A stretch of 63,947 bases of DNA, filler included, from Octopus bimaculoides (Eukaryota): NCBI RefSeq assembly GCF_001194135.2. It is 9 parts of 9 records of this genome, joined end to end, with 100 filler letters (N's around TTAATTAATTAA, not from the genome) between each part and the next. Parts side by side here need not be neighbours in the genome. Positions count along the whole stretch, not along the records: positions 1 to 10,145 come from NC_068994.1; positions 10,246 to 22,666 come from NC_068981.1; 7 more parts are not named here. One strand, written 5' to 3'. The notes below the pieces were generated by a model. It had not been told where the DNA came from. It searched no databases and was given only the letters and a program-made list of their open reading frames with translations. Positions 1-13,984 of the stretch are shown here, piece by piece. How positions within the stretch are numbered: position 1 is the stretch's first letter; every line of letters starts with the position of its first letter. The translations under genes were made by a program, and so were the position numbers.

Positions 1-154
1 AGGAGATTAAGCAAACTCAATGCACATAAATGAACAAATCTTAAAGCCTTAATTAATGTATTAATGCAATTAATTTGAAATAATGGACGAAGATGGAGAA
101 AATACAGTGGATCAAAGAATACCTCTTGTCTTTACTGGTATTTTCGATTAGAGA

Positions 155-196
<42 letters not shown>

Positions 197-599
197 AAGA
201 GAGTGAATGCGAGAGAGGAAGAGAAAAAAAGAAACAAAGAAACAAAGAATGAATGAAAGAAAGAAAAAGAAAATGAAAGCAAAAGAAAAAGAAAGAAAGA
301 GAATTTCCGAATGAGGGAATAAAACACACATGGTAGAGCACACGTTCTATTTTGAGATAAAGAGATTATGCTTGGATAACGGGCACAAATCAAAAAGGTT
401 TACACCCTTGATTAATCAATTAACGTAATTAATAAAGAAAAATAAATATTGCTTGTCTTAGAATCTTTATTGCCCAGTTTTCGACGACTGGCAGTTATTT
501 ATTTGCAGGTCAAGTAAAAAAAAAAGACACTTAAAATCATGAATTTATGTCGCAGAAACATTAGAACACTCTTGGATAGGATAAGATGGCGGAGACTCG

Positions 600-960
600 A
601 AAAGAGGATCGGCGAAATCTGCTGAGTAGCTATTGCGATATAGCATTGACATTACTACCGTATCTGAAGAACTAGAGAAAATGATGAAACGGAAGAGGGG
701 TGTAATTAGTCATTTTTCTAGATACGAATGCAAGGTAACGAAGGAAGATAGTGTAGTTGGATTTGCTATTCTACAGCTCGCTGTGGGAAAGTTGGTAGAG
801 GTAATCTGTGGTTTCTGTGACTGTGCAATGAAATTGAGACTCTCATTGGATGAAGATCGGTTTTCTACTGTTTTCTATTGTTAAGCTCGTGCATTAAACA
901 GCTCCCGAGTGTTGATAGCGTTATTATATGACTCGCTGACAGATATTTTGATTGCTTCAA
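600..960 (+). mobile_element. RTE-clade LINE, degraded APE endonuclease fragment
   Basis: ORF 633-884 (RYSIDITTVSE...VGFAI...MKLRLSLDEDRFSTVF) matches the RTE/BovB-type APE pattern RYNIDIAALSE...GVGFAI...RLM.LRL.L. Confidence 0.6.
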
Positions 961-1057
961 AGGATAACGTTTTCCTTTTCGATTTTGGATTGGTTTTGCA
1001 AGTGCTTTTTATCTAAAACCGTGTATCAAAACCAATGTTATTATATTTAGGAAAAAT

Positions 1058-1240
1058 AGGTTAGGTTGTTGGACTCATGATCGTAAGATTGTAGTTTCGA
1101 TTCCTGGACCGGGCAATGTGTTGTGTTCACGCTGCTCCAGTCCACTCAACTCAAAAAAATGAGTAATCCTGCAACGGACCGCCTTGCCGCCCAGAGAGGA
1201 TTACACATACATGCCAGGGAAACCGAGATTAGAAAGCTTT
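1058..1240 (+). mobile_element. SINE family B short variant (another diverged copy at ~6040-6225, minus strand)
   Basis: ggactcatgatcgtaagattgtagtttcgattcctggaccggg...gctgctccagtccactcaact. Confidence 0.7.
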
Positions 1241-3037
1241 GCTTCCTTTATCATAAATTAGACATTATTATTAACTGAAAGCGAACACTGGCTGCCAGGA
1301 TGGAACAAATTCGTGACTAGGTGCGTGAAGCAGTGACGGAAACATTAGAATCGTAAGACCAGTTCAAATATGTTAGAGAATATTTCAACCCAGTAAGACT
1401 TTCCACTGCTTNNNNNNNNNNNNNNNNNNNNNNNNNNNNNNNNNNNNNNNNNNNNNNNNNNNNNNNNNNNNNNNNNNNNNNNNNNNNNNNNNNNNNNNNN
1501 NNNNNNNNNNNNNNNNNNNNNNNNNNNNNNNNNNNNNNNNNNNNNNNNNNNNNNNNNNNNNNNNNNNNNNNNNNNNNNNNNNNNNNNNNNNNNNNNNNNN
1601 NNNNNNNNNNNNNNNNNNNNNNNNNNNNNNNNNNNNNNNNNNNNNNNNNNNNNNNNNNNNNNNNNNNNNNNNNNNNNNNNNNNNNNNNNNNNNNNNNNNN
1701 NNNNNNNNNNNNNNNNNNNNNNNNNNNNNNNNNNNNNNNNNNNNNNNNNNNNNNNNNNNNNNNNNNNNNNNNNNNNNNNNNNNNNNNNNNNNNNNNNNNN
1801 NNNNNNNNNNNNNNNNNNNNNNNNNNNNNNNNNNNNNNNNNNNNNNNNNNNNNNNNNNNNNNNNNNNNNNNNNNNNNNNNNNNNNNNNNNNNNNNNNNNN
1901 NNNNNNNNNNNNNNNNNNNNNNNNNNNNNNNNNNNNNNNNNNNNNNNNNNNNNNNNNNNNNNNNNNNNNNNNNNNNNNNNNNNNNNNNNTATATATATAT
2001 ATATATATATATATATGCAAACACACATACACACACGTATTTGACTACATGTGCACATGTATTGTCGGAGGATAGCAGAATCCTTAGTGTGTCGAATAAA
2101 AATACAGGTGACAAAATTTGAAACCTATATTTAACAAGCAACATTATTTCGACGCCAAGCTAAATGCATCGTAGCATTTCAACGGTTTTTACGTCCTGAG
2201 TTAAAATTCCTCTGATGTTGAATTTGCCTTTCATCCTTCGAAATAGATAACATCGGTACCAGTTGAACAGTGAGGTCGTTGTAATCGACTTAAGCCCTAG
2301 GTGTTTGCACTGGGCCAAAATTGTTTGGCATTCGGCCAAAATTTAAAACTAATATCTAATTACTCCAATTACTTCTGTATTGAATTTCTCTTCCTCTCTT
2401 CGAAGATTGACCGCTATAAAGTCATTCGATTATTTAGTCCAATCCGTTAAAAAACCCTTAAGAGCAGCTATGCTTTTTTCATTCTTCTACTTTAAAAAAA
2501 AGTCGAAGAATCAAAAGGATAGCATGCACACACTTATACTCACACGCAACGATTTATGCTCTGCCTCTCTCATTTTATCTCTAGGCCATCCTCTTCCTCT
2601 AACCGTGACACGGAAACTGTATTTTTAATTAGATATCTCACCACAGATCAGATAAATTTGATTAAATCTATGCANNNNNNNNNNCATACATACATATGTA
2701 TATTTCTCACAAACAAGCTTAAATTATTTTGAGGTTAGAAACGGCCATTCATCTGTGTGTCATAGATGGAGAGAACAAAAGAGAAACGAATGCTCATTCT
2801 TAGTCAGACTGTTTGTATTTCAGCTGATCATAATCGGAATAATTCATTCTGATTCTGTAGTTGTGGGAATTAGCGTAGCGTTGGCTGAATATTATGTAAT
2901 ACACCATAGAGGATATGACTTAATTAATTCTGTATAAGATTATATTTATAGCTTCACTATACAACAGATAGCAACTTGACTCACATTCATCTTCGCTGCA
3001 CTCGAAAACACGTAACCAGTTCCATTCGAACTTTATA

Positions 3038-3096
<59 letters not shown>

Positions 3097-3164
3097 ACGC
3101 AAGAATACATAAATATGAATGTGCTTGCGTCTCACTCTCAGTGAATGTATATGTGTGCATGTGC

Positions 3165-3205
<41 letters not shown>

Positions 3206-3392
3206 TGTGTATGTAAGTGTAAGTGTGAGTGTAAGTATGTGTGCATGTGTGTCCTTTAATATTTATATACATATGTGGGTGTGTGTACATGTGCAAAATT
3301 ATATACGTATGTGTATATGTGTATATATATCTTTAGGTACATACTGACACGAATATGCATATATATTCACGCATAAATATATGCATATCTAT

Positions 3393-3428
<36 letters not shown>

Positions 3429-4646
3429 NNNNNNNNNNNNNNNNNNNNNNNNNNNNNNNNNNNNNNNNNNNNNNNNNNNNNNNNNNNNNNNNNNNNNNNN
3501 NNNNNNNNNNNNNNNNNNNNNNNNNNNNNNNNNNNNNNNNNNNNNNNNNNNNNNNNNNNNNNNNNNNNNNNNNNNNNNNNNNNNNNNNNNNNNNNNNNNN
3601 NNNNNNNNNNNNNNNNNNNNNNNNNNNNNNNNNNNNNNNNNNNNNNNNNNNNNNNNNNNNNNNNNNNNNNNNNNNNNNNNNNNNNNNNNNNNNNNNNNNN
3701 NNNNNNNNNNNNNNNNNNNNNNNNNNNNNNNNNNNNNNNNNNNNNNNNNNNNNNNNNNNNNNNNNNNNNNNNNNNNNNNNNNNNNNNNNNNNNNNNNNNN
3801 NNNNNNNNNNNNNNNNNNNNNNNNNNNNNNNNNNNNNNNNNNNNNNNNNNNNNNNNNNNNNNNNNNNNNNNNNNNNNNNNNNNNNNNNNNNNNNNNNNNN
3901 NNNNNNNNNNNNNNNNNNNNNNNNNNNNNNNNNNNNNNNNNNNNNNNNNNNNNNNNNNNNNNNNATATATATATATATATATATATACATACACTCATAC
4001 AAACAGACATACATACACTCATACAAACTTACATACACACATATATACATATGTATAAATATGCGTGGACAAATGTATGTATCTATAGATGTATTGTAAA
4101 TATAAGATTTTATACTCTGATAACATTTACGAAGTAGTCTTTCGTTCTTCTTCAGTGCGGAACAATACATGTACTATCGAATAGACTTTATATTTATATA
4201 CACCTACTCCTATGCATACATATGCTGACACATAATTACTCTCAAACACATACACATACACACATATACACACTGGTACACACAAACACACACTCGCATG
4301 GATATACATATACATATAATACATTCATATATACGACGAAATATATATAGCCATACGCGTACATACACTGTCCATATTCAAAATATATTGCGAGATTGTG
4401 TAGTGTATGAGGTAAGTCTTATCACACTTCATAGAATGTATGAATAAATTAATTATTTCTTTATGAGATTTTATATTATATGATCACAGTGGCAAAGGTC
4501 TCTCTTATTCAACATTAGTGCAGTCAGGACCCACACGTCTTCTTTAATTGAGACTCTAATAAGTCATGAAACATATATGTGGCCATGCATGTACTTATAT
4601 ATATATACATACATACATACATACATACCTACATACATATATATAT

Positions 4647-4706
<60 letters not shown>

Positions 4707-4947
4707 ATATATATATATNNNNNNNNNNNNNNNNNNNNNNNNNNNNNNNNNNNNNNNNNNNNNNNNNNNNNNNNNNNNNNNNNNNNNNNNNNNNNNNNNN
4801 NNNNNNNNNNNNNNNNNNNNNNNNNNNNNNNNNNNNNNNNNNNNNNNNNNNNNNNNNNNNNNNNNNNNNNNNNNNNNNNNNNNNNNNNNNNNNNNNNNNN
4901 NNNNNNNNNNNNNNNNNNNNNNNNNNNNNNNNNNNNNNNNNNNNNNN

Positions 4948-5000
<53 letters not shown>

Positions 5001-5895
5001 CATACATTCTTACGTACAGATATATATATAGGCATGTTGAGATATATTTATACATACATACATACATACATGCATGCATACATACATACATACACATATA
5101 TATATACATACACTCTCACTCACATTTACATATCTCGCCCAATGGCTATCTATATTACATAATAATGTCGTATAGATTTAATACTTTGAATATCAAAGAA
5201 TATTAAACAAGGCAATATAGATCATATCAATGAATTCAGTATGATATTAAATAATATGATAAATTAGACCGAAACAGTTTTCCTTTGAAACTCAGTGTAG
5301 CAAAAACCACGTGCGATATCTGAGATAAGCTGTATATATTGCAATAAATAAAGTGGTATACTTAGACACATCTGTGTGTCTATAGACTTACTATGAATTT
5401 AGTCCCAAGTGGCCTTTTCGGCAGATTTGGATCAACATCGAATGCCCAGATTTCCTTGCTTTATGTACTACTTTGAAAGGGAATATTACCAGTAACACTT
5501 TTGTTTGCATTTCAGTAAATAGCCTTCAGCCATATCTGGGTACGTAGAGATAAAGTTCTTGGATCATTATGAAATCTGTTGTTTTAAATAGTTAATGTTC
5601 AACCGTTTTATTAGGAGCAAATTGTTCTAGCTATTAGCGCAAAGAATAGTTTGGTTTGCATTTTTCATTCAGAAAACTTTGTCTTTGAGTTCAAATCCCA
5701 TCAAAGTCTACTTTGCTTCTTTCCTTTCGGTGTCCATATTTCATGAATAAATACTCAAACGATCTAACTTTCCTGCGAATCTACTGTAACCAAATATTAA
5801 AGCTGTCTCGTCCTCTCACCATCTGCCTCTCTTTCTCTCTCTCCAGAGATGCACATATCTGTGCATGTATATGTTTGCTGCATGCACATATATGT

Positions 5896-5933
<38 letters not shown>

Positions 5934-6230
5934 GCATGTATATAAATATAAATAAAAAATATATAAATATACATCAAAGGTACTCTCAAGCCATAGGCTC
6001 TTTAAGCAGGTTTCTCGGCGTATATATATTTTGTCCGCAACAACCGGATGAGACTCCACTCTATCGTACATTACGTTTTTTGCCAGTTAAGTGGTCCAGA
6101 ACAAAGGCGAAATAAAGTGATTTGTTCAAGAAAGCAACACATGACTCGGTCCAAGAATGGAAACCACAGTTTGGTTGCATCGTGAGCACCACAATCTAAT
6201 CACCAATCCACGCGCCTCCAGACAGCTAGG

Positions 6231-6284
<54 letters not shown>

Positions 6285-6550
6285 TAAATATATTGGTATT
6301 TACATATGCATATATAAATCTATGTCTACATATATGAATATATGGATGTAGGGATGAATGGATGGAATAATAGACGAATGAATGGACGAACGCAGGGCGG
6401 ATAGATGGTTAGATGTATTTTGTACTAAATCATTTTTATTTCACTTTTTAAACCCAGCCCGTTCGCATATTGGAAGACATAAAACCTTATATTTGGCACC
6501 GATTCTTCTGCTGGCATTTGAGGTCTGCACTTTAAAGATATATACATGTA

Positions 6551-6615
<65 letters not shown>

Positions 6616-6620
6616 GTCTG

Positions 6621-6664
<44 letters not shown>

Positions 6665-7063
6665 ACTATCTATCTGTGTATGTGTGTTTGTGTGTGTGTA
6701 TAGATATACAGACACGCACATATCTATTTATATATATATATNNNNNNNNNNNNNNNNNNNNNNNNNNNNNNNNNNNNNNNNNNNNNNNNNNNNNNNNNNN
6801 NNNNNNNNNNNNNNNNNNNNNNNNNNNNNNNNNNNNNNNNNNNNNNNNNNNNNNNNNNNNNNNNNNNNNNNNNNNNNNNNNNNNNNNNNNNNNNNNNNNN
6901 NNNNNNNNNNNNNNNNNNNNNNNNNNNNNNNNNNNNNNNNNNNNNNNNNNNNNNNNNNNNNNNNNNNNNNNNNNNNNNNNNNNNNNNNNNNNNNNNNNNN
7001 NNNNNNNNNNNNNNNNNNNNNNNNNNNNNNNNNNNNNNNNNNNNNNNNNNNNNNNNNNNNNNN

Positions 7064-7131
<68 letters not shown>

Positions 7132-7790
7132 AGAGAGAGAGGGAGATAGAAAATCCTCCTTCTCTTCGACAGTACTCATTCATAAACTTATATTTACTAC
7201 TACTACTACCGCAGTTTTATCATCTTTGTAAATTGAAGGTATAGAAATGTAACTTTTATTTTTGTTACGCAAGTAAAGAAAATCCACCAGGGTGACATAA
7301 ATTGTTAGAAAGTATGGTGTATTCTGCTCGTATGGTCGGTTCTTTGACATGGACATCGAATTTGTTAACTTAATGGACATAAAATTTGTAGCCAAGGGAA
7401 GCAATTATTATCTATGGCTTCAGTTAAGAAAAAAAAAAGCATCAACCTTAAGAAATTTTCCCCATACAATGGCATGGATGAGAGGGTGTTGTTATCTTTC
7501 TCGTAGATAGTCTCATAGGCTAGTATTGAGTATTACTGGGAGCGCGTGTGCTGTGTTATGCGTCTGGTGAGAGAGTGTGAGTGTGTTTATACGTATATGC
7601 GTGTGTAGATTTGTGAATGTGTGTGTGTGAGTCGTTGGTGTGGATGCGTGTGGTATGTCTGTGTTAACTCACAAATGCTTTTATGTGAGCAGAAGAATAA
7701 GAGAGAAAATACGCAGCTATATCTGTGCGAATATGAGTCGTTGTGTACATCTCTGAGTCTATGTGTTTGATATAAGTAGAATAGTAGATG

Positions 7791-7958
7791 TTCTTTTCTA
7801 CTCTAGGCACAAAGCCCGAATTGGGGGAGGGGACTATCAATTAGACCGACCCCAGTAGGCAACTGGTACTTAATTTATCGACCCCGAAATGATAGAAGGC
7901 AAGTCGACCTCCGCGGAATTTGAACTCAAAACTTAAAGACAGACGAAATACCGAAACG
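7791..7958 (-). mobile_element. SINE family A (tRNA-derived)
   Basis: B-box GAGTTCAAATTCC followed by gaggtcgactt-gccttt-catc-ggggtcgataaattaagtaccag. Same core as at least ten other copies in the window. Confidence 0.85.
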
Positions 7959-8271
7959 GATAGAGAGGGGTAAATGTTAAAATGAACAGAGAGGTCAAAA
8001 GAAAAGGTGAGAAAAGACGAAGTGAAAATGAAAAGGTGTCAGTGAANNNNNNNNNNNNNNNNNNNNNNNNNNNNNNNNNNNNNNNNNNNNNNNNNNNNNN
8101 NNNNNNNNNNNNNNNNNNNNNNNNNNNNNNNNNNNNNNNNNNNNNNNNNNNNNNNNNNNNNNNNNNNNNNNNNNNNNNNNNNNNNNNNNNNNNNNNNNNN
8201 NNNNNNNNNNNNNNNNNNNNNNNNNNNNNNNNNNNNNNNNNNNNNNNNNNNNNNNNNNNNNNNNNNNNNAG

Positions 8272-9195
8272 AGAGAGAATAAGAATTTATCTTTATATAA
8301 GCATATTAACTTTTCTCGTTTCTTTTATTGAGTAATTCTGATTTGGCCATTAAAATTAATTTATCATTAATGCATAAACCACACCGATTATTTTTAAGGT
8401 TATATGACGATATTTTGGCTAGGATGCGCCATTCTAATCTATAATTAGTGTTATTATCTTCAAGTTTCCATATGTAATTGCTTAATCCGGTAGAGTTAGC
8501 CTTATTCCTATTTCTGAAACTTGAGAGATGGGAATTATATCCAAATTTCATTTCAATTTTAGTTGCTCCTATATAAGTATTCTTGTAATTAATGGAGAAT
8601 ACATCACATTGGTAGATTACATTCTTAGTTTTACATTTATTCAAGAATTCACAAGTATTTCTATCTCTGTAGCCACATAGATTAGTAAGATTATTTGTGC
8701 CTCTAATATGGTGAGGGGGATTATCATTTATAAAGTGGTTTTCCATATTTTTAGACTGCGATTTATTTGGGGGATCGCTTACTATATCAATCGATTGGTT
8801 GTTGTGATTTTTATTGTTATTCTTTTTAGTTTCGTAGAGGGAGTCTAGTTTTTTATTGTTAATTTTATTGCTAAAGTTTTCTGAGTATTTCGTATGCATA
8901 TTCAAATGCTTATTTATAAGTTTCATTATAGATTTAACTATATTAGTTTTTAGTTGCATCGCGAAGGGGATTATTAGCTAAATGTTATCCCTTTCCTGCT
9001 TGTTATTCTTAATATTTTTGTTTTTGGTGTAAAAACTGCCCTCAGTATTGTTGTAAATCGTAAACATGGTTATGATTATTATTATTCTTTGTATTGTTAT
9101 TTTTATTGCAATTACAATCAGCTTTGGTAGGGTTGTTCCTATTCGATTTATCTATTTTATTTACCTTGGTATTATAATTCCTAACAGGTAATTTA
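8272..9195 (-). mobile_element. Penelope-like retroelement (Naiad-type), linker plus GIY-YIG endonuclease fragment
   Basis: ORF 8306-8959 has KTNIVKSIMKLINKH, C-G-Y-R-D-R-N-T-C (eroded CxC-x5-C), VIY...YIG, STGLSNYIWKL, CGLC and LLNKRNE. It is frameshifted at the C-terminus. Confidence 0.9.
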
Positions 9196-9230
9196 TTGGT
9201 TCTTTTAGGAATATTCTTCTTCTTCTTCTT

Positions 9231-9305
<75 letters not shown>

Positions 9306-9319
9306 NNNNNNNNNNTCTT

Positions 9320-9410
<91 letters not shown>

Positions 9411-9825
9411 ACGTCGGCAGTAAGAGAAAGAAAGCGTTCTTTTATTTATGATTTCATGCAAAACTTGCGAAGTGCTCGATGAACATTTGTGTTATAAGTA
9501 CGAAATCTATACTGTTGTGTGATGGCAAATCGTATTATTCCATATATCTAAGGTTTCGTGCGCTTGACTAACTGTCTAAAATCCATCACACGAAGAATTC
9601 GGGTATGTGGAAATAATCTCTTTTCCAAATGTAACGTATCTGGCGTTGCATGATTGTAGGTGTGTATTTGTGTGTTCGTACGTACCTAAGAGTTCGTGTA
9701 TGCATGTATATGCATGTATTTGTCTATTTTTGTGTAACGTCTATGCATGTATGCATGCGTGTATGCGCAAATAGCATAAATATGTATTGACTACTTAGTC
9801 GATGATGTTACATAATTCTAAATAT

Positions 9826-10401
9826 CTTGCGATATCGCATGTTACGCCAACATGATACTTCATCACCCATCATCGCCATGACCATCACTAGATCTATCAT
9901 CATCCACTGTAGCACCACCACCATCATCATCATCATCATCGTCGTCGTCGTCGTCGTCGTCGTCATCAACATCAACATCATTACCGTCATCGGTATCGTC
10001 GGCTTGGTCATCATCGTTGTCATCATCATCCTCATTGTCGTCGTCGTCGTCGTCGTCATCAACACAAACATTACTATCTTAGACGCATTTTTGTATTGCG
10101 TAATAATAAAAGATAGAAGAAAATAAAATCCTCTTACATTAGCTGNNNNNNNNNNNNNNNNNNNNNNNNNNNNNNNNNNNNNNNNNNNNTTAATTAATTA
10201 ANNNNNNNNNNNNNNNNNNNNNNNNNNNNNNNNNNNNNNNNNNNNATCAACATTAAGAGACAGACATATAATAAGAATGAAGAAAAGAGAGAAACAGATA
10301 GACAGACAGGCGGAAGAAGAAGAAGAAGAAGAAGAAGAAGAAGAAGAAGAAGAAGAAGAAGAAGAAGAAGAAGAAGAAGAAGAAGAAGAAGAAGAAGAAG
10401 A
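9826..10401. repeat. Compound trinucleotide microsatellites (CAT/CGT)n and (GAA)n
   Basis: Read directly. Representative of dozens of AT, AC, AG, GATA, CATA, AAT, AAG and CAT tracts across the window. Confidence 0.95.
10146..10245. other. Synthetic scaffold linker N44-TTAATTAATTAA-N44 (also at 22711, 34846, 44419, 48663, 57022, 61206, 62466)
   Basis: The same palindromic 12-mer, with stops in all six frames, is centred in 100-bp N blocks eight times. Confidence 0.95.
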
Positions 10402-10564
10402 AGGAAAGCAAGCAAGAAAGAGAAAAAAGAAAGAAAGAAAGAATAATATATTGGAGGAAAAAGAAAAATAGTCATATAAGGTTATTGGTTTTTCTTCGGA
10501 CACATAAAATTTACAAGGGGAGAGTATGGTGAAGATGTGTACGTATGTATATATAAATCCAAAA

Positions 10565-10606
<42 letters not shown>

Positions 10607-10722
10607 ATGAATTTGTTTGAGGAAAGATAAATATACAGATGTAAACCAAACTATCATGAGACATAATAAAAATAAAGATAATAAAATAAATAAAGAAAGA
10701 AAATAATGATTATGGTAAACAA

Positions 10723-11163
10723 ATGGAACATTTGAAAAAATCACATAAAAACTATACCAAGCAAAGACGATGTCCGCTTGATTCTAATTGCAAAGTTAAA
10801 GAGCTTATATACAGATGTAAGTTTACTTCAGAAGAGCAGGTACACTATTCTACAGGAGCTACAGAAAATTATATAAAAAGGAGAGCTAATCACCAAAACA
10901 CATTTACAGATAAAAATAAGGAAAACAGCACGAATTTATGTAAACTAATTTGGTCCGTTAAAGATAAAAATAAGGACTATACAATAACCTGGGAAATTAT
11001 TTGCTGAGCAAAACCATAGAGTAAAGCTAGTATAAGGTGAGAACTTTGTGTAGAAGAAATCTACCAGATTATTAAACCAAAACGTAGATTAACTAACTAT
11101 AGGCGTGAAAGAGTAACGAGTTGTGTTCATAAGACTAAATATTTATTTAATAGGCATAAATAA
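10723..11163 (+). mobile_element. Penelope-like retroelement GIY-YIG fragment, degenerate
   Basis: CPLDSNCKVKELIYRC...STNLCKLIWSVK...WEIIC*AKP*...R*ELCVEE...SCVHKTKYLF*. One frame with three internal stops. Confidence 0.85.
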
Positions 11164-11835
11164 TTGCAAAATAATTAATATTAAAATTAATGGAATATGG
11201 AGTTAGTTTGTAATGTAAACTAAAGGTTAATTTAATATAGAAGTTAATAAATATACTATAGAACAAATATATGCTACCCAAATAATCGGATATCCATAGA
11301 ACCAATTTAGACTATATGGAAAACAATAGAAAAATAACGACTTACATTAATAACTATAAATGAAAAATAAGAAAATATTAGTAGTAGGTACAAAAATAAT
11401 AGAGGTAGAGTAGTAGATATAGTAGCAAACAAATGAACTAAGGGCGACCAAATTACAAATATTAATTACAGTAAACTAATCTTAAGAACTCGAAAATGAT
11501 GAATAGTAGTATGGCCGACATTTACGATAGTCAATTCCTCCCTTTGACCAGTACAGCGAAAAGGTTAGTTTGAGCTATTTTTAGAACTATACCACCACGC
11601 GGTTGAATAAGCAAAATATAAAAAAAAAGAACATAAATCAAGATAGCGGTAAAAATGTCCTGAAGAAAGCCTTTGATAGATTATTGCATCATAATGAACT
11701 ATAAGATGTACCCTGATAGCGACAGAAACATAACGTAGACGAAAGATCTAAGAAATTAAATGACTGCATAAAATAAGAAAATAGATATTCTCTATTCTCT
11801 ATTTTCTTTAAACTGCTTCATTATTATTATTGTTG

Positions 11836-12720
11836 TTGTTGTTATTCAGTAGTTTTATTTTTATAACGTGCTTTCACTTCACTACCGAACGCAGCTCTGT
11901 GTGCCTTGTGTATGTGCTGTGGTTTGCTGTGATGCTCTTATGGTTACTGTATTGAAAGTGTTTTGCATAGGATGTATTCAGTGCCCAGTAGTACAATTTT
12001 CTGTATGTTGTATATATTTGTAAGTCCTGGTGTTTTTGTTAGGTATTTGTCTGAATATTTTTTTATCATACCTAATGCGCCTACTATGATAGGAATTGTT
12101 TCTGTTTTTAGATTCCACATTCGAGTTACCTCTATTTCCAGGTCTTTGTATTTTGTAAGTTTCTCCATTTCTTTTAGGGAAACGTTGTCATCTGCTGGTA
12201 TTGATACATCAATTAGAAAGCATTTTTTTCCTTCATGATCTTTGACAACTATATCTATCTATAGTATGATTGCTTTATCGTTTTCTGTGACCTTTTCTGG
12301 CTTGTGCTTATACCATCTTTTCTCTGTTGTTATTCCATAGTGCTGCCATAGTTTCCAGTGCATGTAGGTCCCAACTCTGTCATGTCTGTGAATATATTCC
12401 TTCTTAGCCAGGACTGGGCAGCCAGAGACAATATGATTTATTGTTTCTTGACCATCTCCACATTCTGCAGCTACTTGTTATGTTTCTTTTCATTATATGT
12501 TTTTGGTAATTTCTGGTGGGGAGGCTTTGGTCTTGTGCTGCAATTAAAACTCCTTCAGTCTCTGCTTTGAGTCCCGAGATTTTCAGTCATTGCTGAGATT
12601 TTGCTTTGTCTAATTCTTTTGCGATTAGTTTAGCCCAGTATTTGCCATGAAGGGGCTTTTTTACCATCGTTTTATCATGGTCCGTTGCTGTTCTTGTTTT
12701 TCTTGTTTTAGTTTGGATTT
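11836..12720 (-). mobile_element. R4/Dong-type RLE LINE, 3' fragment (CCHC region, restriction-like endonuclease, 3'UTR)
   Basis: LKAETEG..IAAQDQSLPTRNYQKHIMK; RHDRVGTYMHWKL; IDVSIPADDNV..KEMEKLTKYKDLEIE..W...IPIIVGALG. The 3' end runs into (AAC/AAT)n. Confidence 0.88.
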
Positions 12721-13049
12721 CATTTGTTTTACAGCTTCTTCTTCTTCTTCTTCTTCTTCTTCTTCTTCTTCTTCTTCTTCTTCTTCTTCTTCTTCTTCTT
12801 CTTCTTCTTCTTCTTCTTCTTCTTCTTCATGATTAGAAATTTGTAAATAAGTTATAAAAAATAATAGTAGTACATAATTAGTTAGTACAATAGATACAAT
12901 AATACAAAAATTAGTCATATATTACAGTAAAATTTACTTAAAAACAAATTCACAGTAAAATTTGTTTGAATTATTGCCTAAGTTATTGCTAAGTCTTCAC
13001 ATTTTTAGTCTTGACCCAATACTTTGTTTTATGTATGTCTTCTTATGCA

Positions 13050-13930
13050 TATACTTGCATATCTAGACATGCTCATATATTCTTAAATGATAAATTTCTG
13101 GAAAGCTTTACAGATTTTCACAGTTCCAGTGATGTTTGGATCTGTAGTCTTCGAATCAGCTTTCTCCTTTCTGGTTTTGAGAAGTCTAATTTCTCAAGCT
13201 TGGTATTAAGGCAGTGTGTTACATATCCCATGGCCCCAATAATTACAAGTATAAACCTGAACTTGTAATCTGGATAGAGTAAATGCAGATTTCTCAATAG
13301 TTCAGCGTAGGTATGTTCTTTTTCACTGACCTTCAGCTTTATGTTAACATCCCCTGGGTAGCTAATTTCCACAACTGTATACAGTTTCTCTTCTCTATCC
13401 CAAATTATTATACTATGTCTGTTGTGCTTACATTTTATTGAGGCTTTCACTGAGACATTCCACCAATACTCCTTTTTTTATGAGTGACTAAAGCTTCTAC
13501 CATACTGTGGATTTTTATTTCTTTGTCCTAGGGTTTGTCCTTCCGACTGATTTCATTATATAGGATCCTAGCTACAACATCATATCCAGTCGGTAGATAA
13601 TACCATGTTGACATTTTCGGACAACTGCTTATGATGTGAGTGATATCTACAGTGTTAGCCCCGCAAAATCTGCATCGGTTGTCATATTTTACTGCTTTTC
13701 CTGCATCTCTGTCCCTTTTGTGCATCAGGTATTTGGTTGATCTTTCCTGTTCCTGAATTGCAAACGCATACCCTTCAAAGTGGGAGGTAGTGATCCGATT
13801 GTTGGTCCATGCATGGTCCTCTATTCATATACGCTCATCCTTTCATCTGATGATACGTTGCAGTAGAGTCGTACGACTTTTTGGGCATGTATCTAAGGTT
13901 ATCAGACAAGGAATGCTGCTTAAGGAGCTG
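13050..13930 (-). mobile_element. R4/Dong-type RLE LINE, second family, 3' fragment
   Basis: CRFCGANTVDITHIISSCP (CCHC knuckle); VVEISYPGDVN...EKEHTYAELL...VIIGAMG (RLE). Confidence 0.82.
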
Positions 13931-13984
13931 TATGTATGTATACGTACAGATTTGTATGTATTTTATGTATGTATGTATTTTCAA

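Noticed and set aside
11710-11755. CTGATAG...GAAAGATCTA hammerhead-like string
   Set aside because: The core is not CUGANGA, and stems I and II do not pair convincingly.
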